Positions 10,478 through 19,941 of a stretch of DNA of 64,000 bases are shown one piece after another; positions within the stretch are counted from its first letter, which is position 1; every line of letters begins with the position of its first letter. This stretch comes from an uncultured archaeon (GTDB lineage Archaea; Iainarchaeota; Iainarchaeia; Iainarchaeales; 1-14-0-10-31-34), in NCBI GenBank assembly GCA_964608675.1, contig CAZSOZ010000001.1, positions 288,001 to 352,000 of the forward strand. Reading direction: 5' to 3'. The translations under genes and the position numbers were made by a program. The notes beneath the pieces are model-generated. The model worked only from the letters and a program-made list of their open reading frames with translations. It did no database searches and had not been told where the DNA came from.

Positions 10478-10840
10478 CTAAATCATTCTTTTTCTTGGAA
10501 GAAATTGTTTTGGTTTAGGCATTCTTTTTGTTTTAAGCGGTTTTTTTTGTATTAATTTTTTTTTGCTTTCATTTTGGTTAATCCATTTTCTTGCTTGAAC
10601 CAAAAATTTTTCGCTTTTTTTAGGAGCGCCTTTTTTTTCTTCAATAACTGCTTTTTGAATCAGTTCATTTAATCCGGGTTTTTTTGCGATTTCTTTTTCT
10701 ATTATTTTCCAGCTTTCTTCAATTAATTTTTCTGCGTCTTTCCATGTGCATTTTCTTAATGAAAACGGAAGAAGAGTAAGCAAAGCAGTTAATCCAATTA
10801 TTTTAATTATTTTTGTTTTGGTTTTTTTGTTTAAACTCAT
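10478..10840 (-). CDS. Basic hypothetical protein with N-terminal hydrophobic segment
   Basis: ORF start overlaps the FKBP gene stop; Lys-rich. Confidence 0.55.
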   Translation of the reverse strand: MSLNKKTKTKIIKIIGLTALLTLLPFSLRKCTWKDAEKLIEESWKIIEKEIAKKPGLNELIQKAVIEEKKGAPKKSEKFLVQARKWINQNESKKKLIQKKPLKTKRMPKPKQFLPRKRMI

Positions 10841-11586
10841 TTTTTTTCTTCTTTTGTTTTTTCTGAATCAGTTTTTTTTTCTTTGTTTATTTTTTCTATT
10901 TCTTTTTTTATTTCTTCTGTGTTTTTTTCTTTTGGTTTTTCTACTTTTTCTATAAAATTAATTTTTTTTGTTTCTTCAAAGTTTTTGAATATTGTCTGGC
11001 TGAATACTGCTTTTGCTTTTGGTTCAGGGACTATTCCTTCAAAAACCACTTCAATTTTTTCTTTTTCTTCTTTGATTTTTGGGGTTTCTCCAAAAAACTT
11101 GTTTTTTAATGCCTGTAGTTTTTCTTTTTTTTCTGTTAAAACTTTTTTCAGTTTAACGCTGTATTCTATTTCTTTTCCTGCTAATTCGTGATTAAAGTCA
11201 ACTCTTATTCTTCCTCCGGAAACACTCTGAATTTTTCCTCTCATGTTATTTAATTCAACTATTAATCCAGGCACAGGCCTTATTTCTCTTGCAATGAATT
11301 CTTTCATTGGCAGAACTTTAATTAATTCTGCTTTTCTTTCTCCAAAAGCTTGTTCTGGTTTTAATTCAATTTTTTTTTCTTCTCCTTCTTTCATTTTTAT
11401 TATTTCTTTTTCAAGGGATTCGAGGAGTTCTTTGTTTCCGATTATTATATTAATGGGTTCATAATTTATTTTTTCGTTATATATTCCTGCTTCTTCTGCT
11501 TTTTCTTTTATTGTTGAATCAAATATTTGTCCGTTTGTTTTGTCTCTTGCAGTGTAGTTGATTATTGCTATATCTCCTTTGTCCAT
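10837..11586 (-). CDS. FKBP-type peptidyl-prolyl isomerase (SlyD-like, long type)
   Basis: GQIFDST, PEQAFGER, and VDFNHELAGK motifs; likely start MDKG at 11586. Confidence 0.93.
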   Translation of the reverse strand: MDKGDIAIINYTARDKTNGQIFDSTIKEKAEEAGIYNEKINYEPINIIIGNKELLESLEKEIIKMKEGEEKKIELKPEQAFGERKAELIKVLPMKEFIAREIRPVPGLIVELNNMRGKIQSVSGGRIRVDFNHELAGKEIEYSVKLKKVLTEKKEKLQALKNKFFGETPKIKEEKEKIEVVFEGIVPEPKAKAVFSQTIFKNFEETKKINFIEKVEKPKEKNTEEIKKEIEKINKEKKTDSEKTKEEKK

Positions 11587-11761
11587 TAAACCACCTTGCT
11601 TTTTTTTTAAATGCTGTACCAAAAACTTTTTAAAAAATTTTTATCAAAAAAACAGTTTTTTTTTGTGTTGCCTTTTCTTTTTTTTTTAAGAAAATAACAG
11701 CAATAATATTTACTAAAACTCAATTCTTTTAATACCTTTTATTCACATTTATTTTTTTGGT

Positions 11762-13111
11762 GTGTTCATGAATTTAAATCAATGGTTTGGAATTTTTGTT
11801 GCAGTTTTAATGGTTGGCTCAATTTTTGGTTTTGCAGTATATTTTAATGACGGCCAGCCTGAAGAAACTCTTGAAAATTCTTCAGAACCCAGTGTGCCTT
11901 CAACTGTTATTCAAATGAAATCAGAAAACGTGGAAGCAAAAGTTGTTGAAGTTTTGCCCAAAATTTTATTTAGTGCGTACACAAACGAAGCAGACATTAC
12001 AATAATTAATGAAAAGCTTGCTTTGGTTGAAGGAATATACAAGTTAACCCCTAAATATAAACAGGTTGAGAACACGTCTTTTGGCACTTCTTTGGTTTAT
12101 ATTGCTGAAATTTCTTTTGATGAAGAAAAAACTTCAAAAGAAATTGTTTCTCAGATTGATTCTTTGACTGAAGGGCTTTTGTTTGACCCTGTTTATTTTG
12201 AAATAGTTTTGGTCAGCGTTCAGAAAAACGTTCAGTTTTCAAACGAACAGGGATTTGAAAAAGAATATGAATTTGAAGACCCTTTGACTGTTGCTTATAC
12301 TGCGCCGGGAACAAAAAAAGGAGACCAAATTTTTGTCAGGCTTGATGCTTCTTTTACTGGAAACAATTTAGTTAATTTGTTTGCTTCGGGAACAAGAAAT
12401 TTAAGCGCAGAACCAAAAACACATACTTTTGATGTAAATAAAATTGTTGAAGAAAAACTTCCAAGAATTGTTTTTGGAGCATATGTAAAATACAGTAATT
12501 TTGTTGAAGAAAGTGAATTAAAAGAAAAAATTCTTTCTTTAAGTAATGCTGTTGACGTAAATGTTTCTGCTTTTAAACCGGAAAATTATTTTACTGTTTT
12601 TTTTGATGCCAACATTGATTTAAAATCTGATTTAAATGATTTTTTTTCAGACAACAATTCTTTTGAATCAATTGCAGTTTATGAAGCAGGAAATGGTTTT
12701 TCTGCTGAAGTTTATTTTAATGAATCTTCAGATAAAAATGTTGCTGAACTATTTGAATTAATTTCAGGTTTTTTGGAATCAAAAACTGCTTCAAATATTT
12801 CTTTGAAGGAATCCAATTCTCAGGTCTTTGCATCTATTGCTTTGACTTCATCTGATTCCATGCAGACTGTTAATGAATTGAATGCTTTGTTTGGTGAATT
12901 AAATTTTGCAGGAAGCCAGATTCAGCAGGAAGCAGTTGTTTCTTTTGATTCTTTTTTTTCTGATGAAGGGCAGGAGTTCATTCCTGATAAAGAAACAGTT
13001 CAAGAAGTTTTTGTTTCTCCTGAAACACAAACCGGAGAAACAGTTGAATTAGTTGTTGAAATCGAAGTTGTAAGAGGTTCAATTGTTTCAATCAGGGCGG
13101 CTGCCTCTTGA
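11762..13111 (+). CDS. Membrane-anchored acidic hypothetical protein
   Basis: N-terminal TM (FVAVLMVGSIFGFA) followed by an acidic beta-rich ectodomain. Confidence 0.7.
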   Translation: MFMNLNQWFGIFVAVLMVGSIFGFAVYFNDGQPEETLENSSEPSVPSTVIQMKSENVEAKVVEVLPKILFSAYTNEADITIINEKLALVEGIYKLTPKYKQVENTSFGTSLVYIAEISFDEEKTSKEIVSQIDSLTEGLLFDPVYFEIVLVSVQKNVQFSNEQGFEKEYEFEDPLTVAYTAPGTKKGDQIFVRLDASFTGNNLVNLFASGTRNLSAEPKTHTFDVNKIVEEKLPRIVFGAYVKYSNFVEESELKEKILSLSNAVDVNVSAFKPENYFTVFFDANIDLKSDLNDFFSDNNSFESIAVYEAGNGFSAEVYFNESSDKNVAELFELISGFLESKTASNISLKESNSQVFASIALTSSDSMQTVNELNALFGELNFAGSQIQQEAVVSFDSFFSDEGQEFIPDKETVQEVFVSPETQTGETVELVVEIEVVRGSIVSIRAAAS

Positions 13112-13112
13112 T

Positions 13113-13460
13113 TTATTCTTTTTTTAGTTTCATTATTGCTTCTGCAAGATCTCCGTTTGTTTCTTTTAATGCTTTTTCTGCGTCTTCTTTTTTTGAATTG
13201 GTTTGTTCCATTACTATTTTTATGTCTTCTTCGTTCAAGCTTTTTTCTTCTTTTGCTTCTCCTACTACTGAATAAATTTTTTGCCCTTGTGCATTCATTG
13301 CTGTAACGTTTGGGTTTTCTATTGTGAGTTTGCTTCCGTCTTCTAATTCAAAAACAACTTTTACTGCGTTTATTTCTTCTGATTTTATTCCGAATTGTTT
13401 CATTAAACCCTGCATTTGTTTTGGATTCATTTTTCCCATTCCTGGAATCATTTTTATCAC
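13113..13460 (-). CDS. nac: Nascent polypeptide-associated complex protein
   Basis: MNPKQMQGLMKQFGI NAC domain plus C-terminal UBA (EDIKIVMEQT...GDLAEAI). Confidence 0.95.
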   Translation of the reverse strand: MIKMIPGMGKMNPKQMQGLMKQFGIKSEEINAVKVVFELEDGSKLTIENPNVTAMNAQGQKIYSVVGEAKEEKSLNEEDIKIVMEQTNSKKEDAEKALKETNGDLAEAIMKLKKE

Positions 13461-13564
13461 CTAAAATTTTTTTTTGAGTTCTTATTTAGTTTTTTTTGGT
13501 TTTTTTCCATTCAATTATGTTTTGTTCCATTAAGTTTATTAATTTTCATTCTGTGTTTTTTTGT

Positions 13565-14218
13565 ATGTCTAAAGGAATTATTTCTTCTTTTGAAAAATTT
13601 GTTGAAGCCAACCCTGAAATTGATTTGGATTCAAATCCTCAGAGAACAAAAGCATTAAAGGATTATTTTTCTTTTGGAGGTTTTGTTTCTTTGATTTCTT
13701 TTGATAAAAGCTGGCCAAAATTAATTTATCCTTCAAAGCAGAGATTATTATTTCAATTAAATGAATTAGAGGAAAGTAGGAAATTGTTTGAATCAAAATT
13801 AAATGACTGGAAAAAAAAGAATTCTGAAGCAAAAAATTATAAGACAATGGTTTCAATTAAAAAATTTTCTGAGCTGGTTTACTGGAAACATTTAGCAAAA
13901 AAATTAACTGACAAGGAATACAGCAATTCAGTTAATAGAGTGAATCTTCCTGTTGAACTGGTTTCAGACAAAAAATATAAGCCGATGATTAAAACTTTTC
14001 TTGAAGACGAAGAATACAGAAAGCATTTAATTGAAGCTTTTGAGAATTCTGTTGTATACAAAAAAGACAGGGAGTTAGCAAAGCATGCAAGCAATCTTCA
14101 GGAATTCAGAAAGAGTGTTTCAGAAACAAAAATAAATGAATTGTCAAAAAAAATCGAATTAATAAACAAAAATATTTCTTGTTTAAGAGAAATGATGAAG
14201 TGGGCTGAAAATAAATAA
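13565..14218 (+). CDS. Hypothetical coiled-coil protein
   Basis: Long ORF; likely start MSKG at 13565. Confidence 0.65.
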   Translation: MSKGIISSFEKFVEANPEIDLDSNPQRTKALKDYFSFGGFVSLISFDKSWPKLIYPSKQRLLFQLNELEESRKLFESKLNDWKKKNSEAKNYKTMVSIKKFSELVYWKHLAKKLTDKEYSNSVNRVNLPVELVSDKKYKPMIKTFLEDEEYRKHLIEAFENSVVYKKDRELAKHASNLQEFRKSVSETKINELSKKIELINKNISCLREMMKWAENK

Positions 14219-14228
14219 TTCAGCTGAT

Positions 14229-14354
14229 TCAGCCTGCAAGTGTTTTTATTACTGCTTTTCCTATTGCTCCATTTTGGTAAGCAAAAAACAGGGAAACAAT
14301 AATTACAGCAGTAAATAAAATTATAATAACTCTTGTTTTTGTTTTTCTATCCAT
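14229..14354 (-). CDS. Small single-TM protein (41 aa)
   Basis: Manual translation MDRKTKTRVIIILFTAVIIVSLFFAYQNGAIGKAVIKTLAG*. Confidence 0.5.
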   Translation of the reverse strand: MDRKTKTRVIIILFTAVIIVSLFFAYQNGAIGKAVIKTLAG

Positions 14355-14447
14355 AAATATATTATGTATAAACTCTTTTTATTTTTTTTGTTTCACCTGC
14401 ATTCTGGTTTCAATTTCTTTTTATTCTTTTTTTTCCTTTTTTTTTTA

Positions 14448-16601
14448 ATGGATGTTGTTATAAAAGCAAAAGAATTAAATAAAATTGAATTCAATCCAAT
14501 GCAGAAAAAAGCCTTAAATGAAGGGTTGTTTGATTCAAATGTAATTGTTTCTTCTCCTACTGCTTCAGGAAAAACTTTGATTGCAGAAATAACTGCTTTG
14601 AATTCTGTTGTAAACAAAAAAAAGAAAGTAATTTATGCTTGTCCTTTAAAGGCTCTGGCTTCAGAGCATTTTCAGGAATTCAAAAAAAAGTATTCAAATG
14701 AATTGAAGATAAGGACAACTATTTCTACTGGCGATTTTGATTCTAATTCAAAATACTTGCAGAATTATGACGTTATTTTTACTACTTATGAAAAAACTGA
14801 ATCTCTTTTAAGGCATAAAGCTGAATGGCTTTCTTCTGTTGGATTATTAATTGTGGATGAAATTCACGAAATTGATTCAAACAGAGGGCCTACAATTGAA
14901 ATAATGATTACAAAACTTCTTTTATTGAATCCAAAACTTCAGGTTTTGGGGTTAAGTGCTACAATTCCTAATTCAATTGAGTTAGCTGAATGGCTTAAAG
15001 CAAAATTAATTCAAAGTTCTTTTCGTCCGGTCAAATTAAGTGAAGGAGTTTTTTTTGAAAACACAATTCATTTTTTGAGAATCAAGGAAAGAATTGAATC
15101 CAAAGATGAGTCGATTGTTTCTCTTTCTCTTGATGCAGTAAAAAAAGGAAAACAGGCATTAATTTTTTGTAATACTCGCCCAAGTTCAATTGCGACAGCA
15201 AAAAAACTGGCAAAAACTATTGAAAAAAATCTTTTGGAAAAGGAAAAAATGTTTTTGTCAGACAAATCAAATGAAATTCTTAATGCTTTAGAAACTCCCA
15301 CTGAACAATGCAGGATTCTTTCTAATTTAGTTAAATCCGGTGTTGCATTCCATAATGCAGGAATGCTTTCAAAGCAAAGAAGTATTGTTGAAGATTTGTT
15401 TAGAAAAAGACTTTTAAAAGTGGTTTCTGCCACTCCTACTCTTTCTGCAGGAATCAACATGCCTGCTTTCAGAGTGATTATTCCTTCGGTTTTCAGGTAT
15501 ACTGCCGGAGGCATGGCTAAAATTCCTGTCCGTGAATACAAGCAGATGGCTGGAAGAGCCGGCAGACCTAAATTTGATTCAGTCGGGCAAAGCATTTTGA
15601 TTGCAGGAAACGAATTTGAAGCAGAAGAATTAAAGGAAGAATTTATTTTAGGGGACACTGAAGATGTTTCATCTAAACTTGGAATCGAACCTGTTTTGAG
15701 AACTCATGTTCTGGCTGCAATTGCAACAGGCTTTGCTTTTGACCTTGATTCCCTTGAAAAATTTTTTTCAAAAACATTTTATGCTTACCAGTTTAACGGC
15801 TTAGAGGAAATTTTCCTGAAAATTAATTCTGTTTTGCAGGAGCTTCAGGAAATGAATTTTATTTTTGGAAACAATAAAAGCTTTCAGCCTACTCCTCTTG
15901 GAAAAAGGGTTGCTGAACTTTATTTGGATCCATTGACTGCTAAAATGATTTTAGATTCTTTTGAAAGACCTTTAAATAATTTTTCTTTTTTGTTTTTGTT
16001 GTGTTCTGCTTACGAATTTTTTCCTTTGTTTTCTGTTTCTAAATCAAAAGAATCAGAATTATGGAGTCAGATGACTGCAGAACAAGATGAACTGCCTGTT
16101 AATTTAGAGGAATTAATGTTTTCTGATGTTTCTTTGTTAAAGAAATATAATTCTGCTTTGCTTTTGCAGAAATGGATTAATGAAGCCTCTGAGGAAAGCA
16201 TGAGAAAAGAATTTAATGTTCAGCCGGGAATTCTTCGTTCAAAATTGATGATTGCTGACTGGCTGTTGTATTGTTTTTCTGAATTATCTTTGATTTCAGG
16301 AAAAAAATCTTTTATTCCTTTAATCAGCAAACTTAGAAAAAGAATGAAGCACGGAGTAAAAGAAGAACTTTTACAGTTAACTGAATTAAAAGGTGTTGGA
16401 AGAGTCAGGGCAAGAAAATTATTTAATTCAAATCTGACTTCAATTGCGTTGCTTAAAAAAACTGAATTAAAAAATCTTGCAGGAATTCTTGGAAAAGAAA
16501 CTGCAGTAAAAATAAAAAAACAAGTAGGGCAGGTTTCAAAAAAAGACTTGGATTCAGTTAAAAACAGTTTTTCTAAGCAAACTGACTTAAGTTCTTTTTG
16601 A
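14448..16601 (+). CDS. hel308: Hel308/Hjm Ski2-like DNA helicase
   Basis: PTASGKT, DEIH, SAT, QMAGRAGRP, GVGRVRARKL; C-terminal PIP box QTDLSSF. Confidence 0.93.
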   Translation: MDVVIKAKELNKIEFNPMQKKALNEGLFDSNVIVSSPTASGKTLIAEITALNSVVNKKKKVIYACPLKALASEHFQEFKKKYSNELKIRTTISTGDFDSNSKYLQNYDVIFTTYEKTESLLRHKAEWLSSVGLLIVDEIHEIDSNRGPTIEIMITKLLLLNPKLQVLGLSATIPNSIELAEWLKAKLIQSSFRPVKLSEGVFFENTIHFLRIKERIESKDESIVSLSLDAVKKGKQALIFCNTRPSSIATAKKLAKTIEKNLLEKEKMFLSDKSNEILNALETPTEQCRILSNLVKSGVAFHNAGMLSKQRSIVEDLFRKRLLKVVSATPTLSAGINMPAFRVIIPSVFRYTAGGMAKIPVREYKQMAGRAGRPKFDSVGQSILIAGNEFEAEELKEEFILGDTEDVSSKLGIEPVLRTHVLAAIATGFAFDLDSLEKFFSKTFYAYQFNGLEEIFLKINSVLQELQEMNFIFGNNKSFQPTPLGKRVAELYLDPLTAKMILDSFERPLNNFSFLFLLCSAYEFFPLFSVSKSKESELWSQMTAEQDELPVNLEELMFSDVSLLKKYNSALLLQKWINEASEESMRKEFNVQPGILRSKLMIADWLLYCFSELSLISGKKSFIPLISKLRKRMKHGVKEELLQLTELKGVGRVRARKLFNSNLTSIALLKKTELKNLAGILGKETAVKIKKQVGQVSKKDLDSVKNSFSKQTDLSSF

Positions 16602-16679
16602 TTTTTTTTTCCGTCAGTTTTTTATATTCTAAAGCACTATTTTTATTGATTATTGCTTTATAGCTTTAAAGGAATTCTT

Positions 16680-18296
16680 ATGATGAAAAAAACTTTATTG
16701 TTTTTGTATTTTTTACTGCTTTTGTCTATTGTTTGTTCTGCTGAATTAAAGGGTTTTTTGAGTATGGGAAGCCCAATTGAAGAAGAATTTTTTCCTGAAG
16801 AAAACAAAATGGTTTACAGTTTTACTTCTCCAAAAAAAATTATTGTTTCAAATATTTTTGTTTCAAGTCCTTCGGCTGAAATCAAGTATTATTTGAAAAT
16901 TCCAGAAAACGTTCAAATGGAAATCTGTGATGAAAGAATGCCTGAATGCAGTTTTTCTTCAGATAACACTCAGCTTTCTGTTAATTCAACTATTTCAGGA
17001 TTAATTCTTGAAAACAATTCACGGATTGCGCTTTATCATCATATTTTCCCAAGTTCTTTTGATTTTATTGTTGAAGGAGACATTAATGTTAATGGTTCAG
17101 CTTCAATTGATGCTTCAGGATTAGATGGAGGGAATTCTGATGTATGTAATGGACTTCCTGCAGGAAACGGAAAAAATGCAGGAAACATTCAAGTAAACGG
17201 AAGCATTTTTCTTTTAGAAAATTCTAGTTTAACTGTTTTTTCTGACGGAGGTTCAGGAGGCAATGGTTCAGATGGAAGCTATGAATGCAGTGTTTTAGAT
17301 GGAACAAATGGAGGCAGTCCTGGAAAAGCAGGAAATATTACTGTAAACAATCTTGTTTTTTCTGAGAATTCTTCTGGTGTTTTTTCTGTTAATGCAGGAA
17401 ACGGAGGAAATGCCGGACAAGGAGAATATTTTGTTGAAACAATTGGAAACGAAGATGAAGTAGAGGAATGCGAAAACGAGTATGATTCATGCAAGGATAA
17501 CTGCAAAACAGCCTGCGGCTGGACATGGGACAACCCGTATGTTTTGCCTTCCTGCGTTGAACCTTGTGAAGAGTCATGCAAACAGCAAAGAGATACATGT
17601 CTTGAAAATGTTTCAGAGAACATAACTAATATTTATGAAGGAGAAGACGGACAACAAGGGCTTTCTGAAAGCGCAGGAAGAATTGAAGTAAATAATTTTT
17701 CTGCTCAGCTTAATTCAAAAATAAGTTTTTTTGCTTTAAAGGGCACAGGCAAAAACTTTGAATTGTTTTCAGATGGAAACATTTCAATGAAATCCTGCAG
17801 TAATTCTGGATTGGAGTTTGACTCTGTTAAAGCAGGAAGAATTTTTGTTTATTCAAATAATTTGTTGGATTTAATGAATTCATTTAATTCTGTCTGCATT
17901 AAACCTGACTGCAGTACTTTTTTTCAGCCTAAAATAAATTTTGATTGTCCTGCTGAAATCCAAGAAAACAATAACGCAATTTTTTCTTTGACTGGAACAA
18001 TCAAAAAAAACGAAGAAAATCTTTCAGGAAAATTCAGTGAATTTGTTTTGTTTAAGGATTCAGGAAATTTAATTGAAGTGGACAGAACGCTTCCTTCACA
18101 GGACTTTGCTTTTTCTGACGGATTCTTTAATTTTTCTTTTGGTTTCAATCAAAGCATTTTTTCTTTAACTGAATTTGATTTCAGTTCTGAATCAAACCCT
18201 TTCAGTTATGTTTTGAATTTTGTTGTTAATGCTTTTGATCCTGTTTTATCTGATGTAATTAAAGCAGGTTTTGTTTTGGAGGAATTTGAAGAGTGA
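16680..18296 (+). CDS. Secreted glycine-rich repeat protein with Cys-rich insert
   Basis: Signal peptide, repeated GGxGG/GxAGxI units, and an 8-Cys segment. Confidence 0.75.
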   Translation: MMKKTLLFLYFLLLLSIVCSAELKGFLSMGSPIEEEFFPEENKMVYSFTSPKKIIVSNIFVSSPSAEIKYYLKIPENVQMEICDERMPECSFSSDNTQLSVNSTISGLILENNSRIALYHHIFPSSFDFIVEGDINVNGSASIDASGLDGGNSDVCNGLPAGNGKNAGNIQVNGSIFLLENSSLTVFSDGGSGGNGSDGSYECSVLDGTNGGSPGKAGNITVNNLVFSENSSGVFSVNAGNGGNAGQGEYFVETIGNEDEVEECENEYDSCKDNCKTACGWTWDNPYVLPSCVEPCEESCKQQRDTCLENVSENITNIYEGEDGQQGLSESAGRIEVNNFSAQLNSKISFFALKGTGKNFELFSDGNISMKSCSNSGLEFDSVKAGRIFVYSNNLLDLMNSFNSVCIKPDCSTFFQPKINFDCPAEIQENNNAIFSLTGTIKKNEENLSGKFSEFVLFKDSGNLIEVDRTLPSQDFAFSDGFFNFSFGFNQSIFSLTEFDFSSESNPFSYVLNFVVNAFDPVLSDVIKAGFVLEEFEE

Positions 18297-18300
18297 TTCA

Positions 18301-19941
18301 ATGAAAAAATTAATTTTTGTGTTTTTGATTTTGTTTTCTTCTTGTGTGTTTTCTTTGGAGTTAACAGGACTGGATTATGTGGATTCTGACAGTTTTTCTC
18401 GGACAATTACTGAAACGCAGGCTGTAATTACTTTAAAGCAGGGAATGCAGGCAACCGCGACCGCTGAATCAATTCAGAAAGCTGAAGGATTTGAAAAAGA
18501 AGTTGTTTTAATCCTTGAAGAAAACTCAAAACTTTTTAATAAAGAAAACTCTGATTTAATTATTTCAGAAATAACTCTTGTTTTGAAAGGCGCAGACATT
18601 TATTCAAGAGGAAAAAATTTTTATGCTTCTGTTTTGGTTGTAGAAGAACCTTCTGTGTCTTCGCCTTATTATTCCAGTATTAATTCGTCTGGAGCAGATG
18701 GAGAAACCGGAACCTGGAACGGTCCGTTAAAGGAATTAAATAACGGGGAATGCGGAAACTGCACTAATTACAATAAAGTTTGTGCAATTGATTCAGATTC
18801 CAGAAAAGCAAAAAAAGGAAAAAACGCAGGAAACATTTTAATTGATTTTGCTGAAATAAAAGCTGATGTTTCTTTTTTGAGTAAAGGAGGAAAAGGAGGA
18901 AACGGAGCAAATGGAAAGGATGAAGCTGTTATTGGTACTGGTGTTTTTCAGTATTCTATTCGCGGAGGAAACGGCGCTGACGGCGGAAACGCAGGAAAAA
19001 TTACAATTAATGAATTAAATCTTTTGGATGGCTTGCTTGGCTTTAATGTTTCAGGAGGCGAAGGCGGTTCAGGGGGCTCAGGCGGTGAAGGCGGTGAAGG
19101 CGGAGATAATACTGGTGCAGGAGATGCTCATGACGGAGGCGACGGCGGAAACGGAGGCAATGCAGGAAAAATTGAAATAAACAAGTTAATTAATGTTTCT
19201 TCTTCTGAAATACAAATTTTTTCTTTAGGAGGACAGCCTGGTTCAGGAGGTTCAGGAGGAAAAACTTTGGATTGGATGGGCTGTGATGCCCAGAATGGTT
19301 TGAACGGCCAAAAAGGTTTTTCCGGAGAAGTAATTTTAACTGACTTAAAGGGAACTGCTCCAAAGCAGATTAAATCAGGAAGCATTCTGCTTGATGGTTT
19401 TCTTTCTGAAAAAATTAGTTTTTTAACAGGAACAAATTATTCTGCTTTAACTGAAAATAATTCAGGAAATCTTTTAATTAATGCCTGTGGTTTTTCCGGT
19501 GAAGGAATGCAATTAACTGAACAGGGTTTTCCGCAGATTTCTTTTTCTGCTGACATCCTTGAAGTTAAATCTTGGAATCCCTTGCTTTTGTTTGATAAAA
19601 CTTTGCTGAATGCAGGAAATTTGCTTGCAGTAAAAGATGATTCCTGTAATTTAACTCCAAGAAAGCTTATGAGGATTCCTTTTAACGGCAGAATTAAAGA
19701 CAAACAGAATAATTTAGTTGAATCAGGTTCAGTTAAAGACATTCAAATAATTAATTCTCTTACAAACGAAATTGAATTTGAAGATTCTTTTGAAAGAAGT
19801 TTTTCTAATGGCGTGTTTTCAACTTTAATTACCGCAGAACTTTATTCTAATTCTTTTTATGAGATTTCTTTTAGTGTATGCAGTGATAATGAATGTGATG
19901 ATTTTGCATTTCAGTTTTTTACGTGGAAGAGGTTGTGGTAA
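18301..19941 (+). CDS. Secreted glycine-rich repeat protein (paralog of the upstream gene)
   Basis: Signal peptide, GGxGGxGG...NAGKI repeats, and a C-terminal FNGRIKD...FSNGVFS domain. Confidence 0.75.
   Translation: MKKLIFVFLILFSSCVFSLELTGLDYVDSDSFSRTITETQAVITLKQGMQATATAESIQKAEGFEKEVVLILEENSKLFNKENSDLIISEITLVLKGADIYSRGKNFYASVLVVEEPSVSSPYYSSINSSGADGETGTWNGPLKELNNGECGNCTNYNKVCAIDSDSRKAKKGKNAGNILIDFAEIKADVSFLSKGGKGGNGANGKDEAVIGTGVFQYSIRGGNGADGGNAGKITINELNLLDGLLGFNVSGGEGGSGGSGGEGGEGGDNTGAGDAHDGGDGGNGGNAGKIEINKLINVSSSEIQIFSLGGQPGSGGSGGKTLDWMGCDAQNGLNGQKGFSGEVILTDLKGTAPKQIKSGSILLDGFLSEKISFLTGTNYSALTENNSGNLLINACGFSGEGMQLTEQGFPQISFSADILEVKSWNPLLLFDKTLLNAGNLLAVKDDSCNLTPRKLMRIPFNGRIKDKQNNLVESGSVKDIQIINSLTNEIEFEDSFERSFSNGVFSTLITAELYSNSFYEISFSVCSDNECDDFAFQFFTWKRLW

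Noticed and set aside
19050-19270. GC-rich repetitive stretch as an RNA gene or CRISPR array
   Set aside because: It is explained by in-frame GGx glycine codons of the secreted protein and has no repeat-spacer periodicity.
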